From NCBI RefSeq assembly GCF_009914755.1, contig NC_060929.1: a stretch of DNA of 64,000 nucleotides. One strand, 5' to 3'. A program made the translations under genes and the position numbers. Each line of letters starts with the position of its first letter. Position 1 is the stretch's first letter. The notes under the pieces are model-generated. The model was not told the DNA's origin, did not search any database, and saw only the letters and a list, made by a program, of their open reading frames with translations. The DNA is from the human T2T-CHM13v2.0 reference genome, Homo sapiens. This document shows positions 58,405-64,000 of this stretch, in pieces.

Positions 58405-59350
58405 TAACAAAAGCAAAAATAGGCAAGCGGGACTATATCAAACTAAAAACTTCTGCTCTGCAAAAGAAACAATCAACAAACTGAAAGAACCTACAGAATT
58501 GGAGAAAATATTTTCAAACCATACATCTGAGAAGGCATTGATATATACAGAACTCAAACAATTCAATAACAAAAAAACAAATAACCGAATTTTTTAAATG
58601 AGCAAAGGACTTGAAAATATGTTTCTGCAAAGAAGACATACAAATGGACAACAGATATATGAATAGATGCTCAATATCACAAATCATCAGGGAAGTACAA
58701 ATCAAAACCACAATGTGGTATCCTCTTACATCTGTAAAGATGACTATTATTCAAATGAAGTAAAATAAAAGAAAAAACAAAGTAACAACTGCTGGCGAGG
58801 ATGTGGAAAAATTGGAATCCTTGTACATTGTTGGTGGGAATGCAAAATGGAAAAGAGTATAGATGTTTCTCACAAAATTAAAAATGGAATTACCATATGA
58901 TCCAGCAATCCCACTTTTGAATATTCATCCAAAAGAATTGAAACGAAGATCTTGAAGAGATACATGCATTCTTATGTTCATTGCAACATTATTCACAATA
59001 GACAAAATATGGAAACAACCTAAGTGTCAACAGATAAATGAACAAAGAAAATTTGGTATATACATACAATGGAATATTATTCAGCCGTAAAAAAGAAATG
59101 CTGCTATATAAGACAGCATGGATTAACCTTGAGAACATTATGCTAAGTGAAATAAGCCAATCACAGAAGTACATATACTGCATGATTCCACTTGTGTTTA
59201 TAGATAACAATACCATACTGTATACTTTGAATTTTGTTAAGAAGGTAGATCTCAAAAAAACAAACAAAAAATAATATAAAAATTTAAAAATAAAAAAAAG
59301 AATAAAAAATAAGGTAGATCTCATGTTATTTGTTCTTACCACAAATTTTA
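58405..59350 (+). mobile_element. L1MA (L1MA8/9-like) ORF2 end plus partial 3'UTR
   Basis: gactatatcaaactaaaaacttctgc...aaatcaaaaccacaatg...taccatatgatccagcaatcccact...gctaagtgaaataagcc. Confidence 0.88.
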
Positions 59351-59799
59351 AAAGTAGAATGCAATATTAGAATTGAACAATAATCAGGTACTACATATCA
59401 AAATCTGTGAGATGCAGCTAATATAGCACTCAGTTGTAAATTTATAGCCTTAAGTGCATTAATTAAAGAATATAGTTCTGGAAAAGGATGATTAATGGCA
59501 AAACTATCATTGTCAAATACATTTATTAACTTGCATAACACCTAAGAAAATAAATTGATAAAATTTAGAACCCACAGAGTTTATCAAGATGGCTAGATAT
59601 AGTAACAGTATAAAAAAATCTTTCCTATAACTCAGTAATAATCCATTAGATAATTCGATGGAAAAAAATTACATTCACTGTGTCAACAACAAAAAATAAA
59701 ATAGCTGATAGCAAACCTATAAAAACCTTAAAAAACCTAGTAAACTTCACTGAAGTCCTTAAAATAAGACCTAAAAAATGGAATAATAAACCATAATCC

Positions 59800-60380
<581 letters not shown>

Positions 60381-60486
60381 AACATGTTCCAGAATAAGAA
60401 GATTAAATATTGTAAAGGTATTAATGTCACTAGGGAACTGATCCTTAATCAACAAAGTAATCACATCAAAATATCAAAGCATTTGT

Positions 60487-60561
60487 AAAAGGAGAGAGAA
60501 AGAAAGAAAGAGAAAGAAAGAAAGAAGAGAAAGGAAGAAGAGAAAGAAAGAAAGAAAGAAA
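60487..60561. repeat. (GAAA)n-rich purine tract
   Basis: Direct reading. Confidence 0.9.
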
Positions 60562-60804
60562 CCAAACTATACCTCTTTAGCTACATATATACAGATATAC
60601 AGGTACATTAAAAAATCATAAAGGTCATAAACTAAATGAGCAACAATAGCTACTTCTTGGAATCTGGATGGAGAGAGAGAGTGAAAGAGGGACATTAGAT
60701 TTATCTGTAGTCTTTTATGTAAGTGAATGTATTTATATATTACTTATACAGTTAAAGATACATTTATTTTAATTTTTAAAATAATAAAATGTTGTCAACA
60801 CTCC

Positions 60805-61293
60805 TGTGGTGGGCAGAATAATGACCCCCAAAACTGTGCATGTCCTAATCCCTGTAACCATGAATGTGACCTAACCTGGCAAAAGGGACTTTGTAGATGT
60901 GATTAAATTAAGGACATTGAAATGGATGATTACCCTGGATTTTCCAGCTGAGCTCAGTGTAATCACATGGACCTTTAAAAGTGAAAGAGGAAGGCAAGAG
61001 AGCCAGAGTCAAAAACATGAAGATGCTGAGATGCTGGGCTGCTGTCTTTGAAGATGGAGGAAGGGGCCACGAACCAAGAAACCAAGAGTTCTCTAGAAGT
61101 GGGGAAAGCCGAGGAAACAGATTCCACCCTAAAGCATCCCAAGGGAACAGCAACACTGCGTGCACGTTGATTTTAGTCAAGTGAGCCCCATTTTGGACCT
61201 CTGCCTTCCAGAATTGTAAAATAATAAAATTGTGTTGTTTTAAGCCACCAAACTTATGGTAATCTGTTGCAGCAGCAATAAAAAATGAACAGA
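60805..61293 (+). mobile_element. MLT1D-like MaLR solo LTR
   Basis: tgtggtgggcagaataatg...tggcaaaagggacttt...tgttgttttaagccac; 5-bp TSD actcc at 60800-60804 and 61294-61298. Confidence 0.9.
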
Positions 61294-62233
61294 ACTCCTT
61301 CACTGCTCAGCACTTTTGAACTTCTAATTAACCAGGTTCACCATGACAGATTTTGTATTAAAAATGCTAATATCACCTGAGGATTTATTCCCAGTCTGTG
61401 AGGTTACTATAAGGTAGAAATGAAAAAATAATTATAAGCCCCAAATATTTTGAGTCAACCTGGGTTAAAATTGTGTGTACAACCATATTCCCAAGCCACC
61501 CCAGTATTTAATGAACAACCATGAGAGACCTAAATACTTTATGCCAAAACACTGGGCTAGTTATTAACTATTTTGTAAATATAAGATCAAAGATTGGTGA
61601 TCATTTAAAAGCACAAAGATTAAAGAATGTTAGCCACATGAGAAGATTATGTTTCTGGTTAGATCTAAACATATTTTATATTTTATCACCAAATGAACCT
61701 CAAATTTGGTCTTCAATTAACTTGTTTGCTGAGAAAGGTGACAAGCTCTCTTGTATTTTCTGCCTTTTCTTTAAAAAAAAAGAGTTAATCTCCTATGAAA
61801 ACTATCCTTAAACTCAGACCTTATTTTATCCTGTGAGGCAAGAAATTGTATTTATGTACAATTTGATTTGTAGAAAATTGTATTTGTTTTAACATGCTTC
61901 TAACAGGCAGCTGAGTTTAGTTATCTGATCTATAATAGACCCATTAGCCACCATGATTATTATTTCACTAATTATTAATAATTTTATTCTATAAATCCAC
62001 TAGTATAATCAGGCATACCTTGTTTTATTGTGCTTCACTTTATTGTCTGTTGCAGATAAAGTGTTTTTTTTTTTTTTACAAACTGAAGGTCTGTGACAAC
62101 TAATCTCTGCATGAAGCAAGGCTTCAGCACAATTTTTCCAATGCCATGTGCTCACTTTGTGTCTTTGTTTAATAATTTTGATAATTCTCACAGTATTTCA
62201 AACTTTTTCATTATTATATATGTGTTATAGTGA

Positions 62234-62547
<314 letters not shown>

Positions 62548-62751
62548 TCTTATCAATGATTTTTGATGTTGCTATTGTAATTGTTTTGGGGCACCACAAA
62601 CTGTGCCATTTAAGACTGTGAATGGAGGGATGTGTTGTGTGCTCTGACTGCTCCACTGACCAGCTGTTCTCCCATACCTGTTCCTCTCCTCAGGCCTCCC
62701 TATTCCCTGACATACAACAATATTGAAATTAGGCCAATTAATAACCCTACA

Positions 62752-64000
62752 ATGACCTCTAAGTGCTCAAGTGAAAGGAAGAGAAGCACACACATGCTCT
62801 TACTTTAAATCAAAAGCTAGAAATGATTAAGCTTGGTTAGAGGCATGTCAAACCCCCAGATAGGCTGAAAACTAGGCCTCTTGCACTAGTCAACTTGTGA
62901 CTACAAAGGAAAAGTTATTGAAGAAAATTTAAAGTACCATTCCAGTGAACACATGAATGATAAGAAGGCAAAACAGCCTTATTGCCGATATGGAGAAAAT
63001 TTTAGCGGTTTGTATAAAAGATGAAACAAGGCACAACATTCCCTTAAGCCAAAGCCTAATCCAGAGCAAGGCCCTAACTCTCTTCAATTCTTTGAAGGCT
63101 GAAAGAGGTGAAGAAGTGGAGGAAAATTGGAAGCTGGCAGAAGTTGGTTTATTATGTTTAAGGAAAGAAGCTGTTTCCATAACCTAAAAGTAAAAGGTGA
63201 AGCAGCAAGTGCTGACTGAGGTAGAAGTTGCAGCAAGTTATTCAAAAGATCCAGCTAAGATCATGGATGAAGGCAGCTACATGAAAGAACAGATTTTCAA
63301 TGTAGATAAAATAGCCTTCAGTTCAAAGAAGACACTATCTAGAACTTTCATAACCAGAGAGAAGGAGTCAACACCTGGCTTCAAAAGCTTAAAAGAACAT
63401 GCTGACTCTCTTGTTAGGGGCTAATGTAGCTAGTGACTTTAAGTTGAAACCAATGCTCATTTACCATTCTGAAAATCCTAGGACCCTTAAAAATTATGCT
63501 AAATCTACTCTGCCTGTGTTCTATCAGTGAAATAACAAAGCCTAGAGGGCAGCATATCTGTTTACAGCATGGTTCATGGAATATTTTTAAGCCCACTATT
63601 GAGACCTACTACTCAGCAAAAAAGATTCCTTTTAAAGTATTACTGCTCATCGACAATGCACCTGGTCACCCAAGAGCTCTAATGGAGATTTACAAGGAGA
63701 TTAATGTTTTCATGCCTGCTAGCACATCAGTGCTGTGGCCTATGGATCAAGGAGTAATTACCACTTTCAAGTCTTATTATTTAAGAAATACATTCTGTAA
63801 GGCTATAGCTGCCACAGATAGTGATTTTTCTGATGAATCTGGGCAAAGTAAATTGAAAACCTTCTGGAAAGGATTCACCATCCTAGGTGCCATTAAGAAC
63901 ATGCATGATTCATGGGAGGAGGTCATAATATCAGTATTAACAAGAGTTTGGAAGAAGTTGGTTCCAACCCTCATGGATGACTTTGAGAGGTTCAAGACTT
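62752..64000 (+). pseudogene. Tigger1 transposase remnant (pogo/CENP-B-like HTH + DDD), with frameshifts and stops
   Basis: Peptide fragments [36 protein letters not shown] and PMDQG are not in a single open reading frame. Confidence 0.85.

Noticed and set aside
62752-64000. Domesticated TIGD-like transposase gene
   Set aside because: Catalytic-motif codons are visible, but the frame is broken by multiple stops and frameshifts

Overview
This window is hominid (human-like) non-coding DNA dominated by interspersed repeats. No host protein-coding exon, tRNA/rRNA gene, CRISPR array or non-repeat CpG island can be supported. The main feature is a full-length ~6.05 kb L1PA2-type LINE-1 on the minus strand (18432-24480) with a 13-bp target-site duplication (TSD). 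Its ORF1 is open but mutated, and its ORF2 is colinear but carries two nonsense codons (W888*, Q1151*). Around it are about 15 Alu elements or fragments, MIR, L2 and older L1 fragments, MaLR/ERVL/ERV1 solo LTRs (including a complete MER41A), hAT MITEs (MER20, MER102, MER5A1, MER117), a decayed Tigger1 running off the right end, and microsatellites. Several repeat-free blocks carry dense TALE/HOX-type motif clusters and may be developmental enhancers. I found no convincing novel biological system. The best leads are retrotransposition oddities, the L1's residual coding capacity and the candidate enhancers. Repeat family names come from recalled consensus sequences and need RepeatMasker/Dfam confirmation; boundaries of old repeats are approximate.
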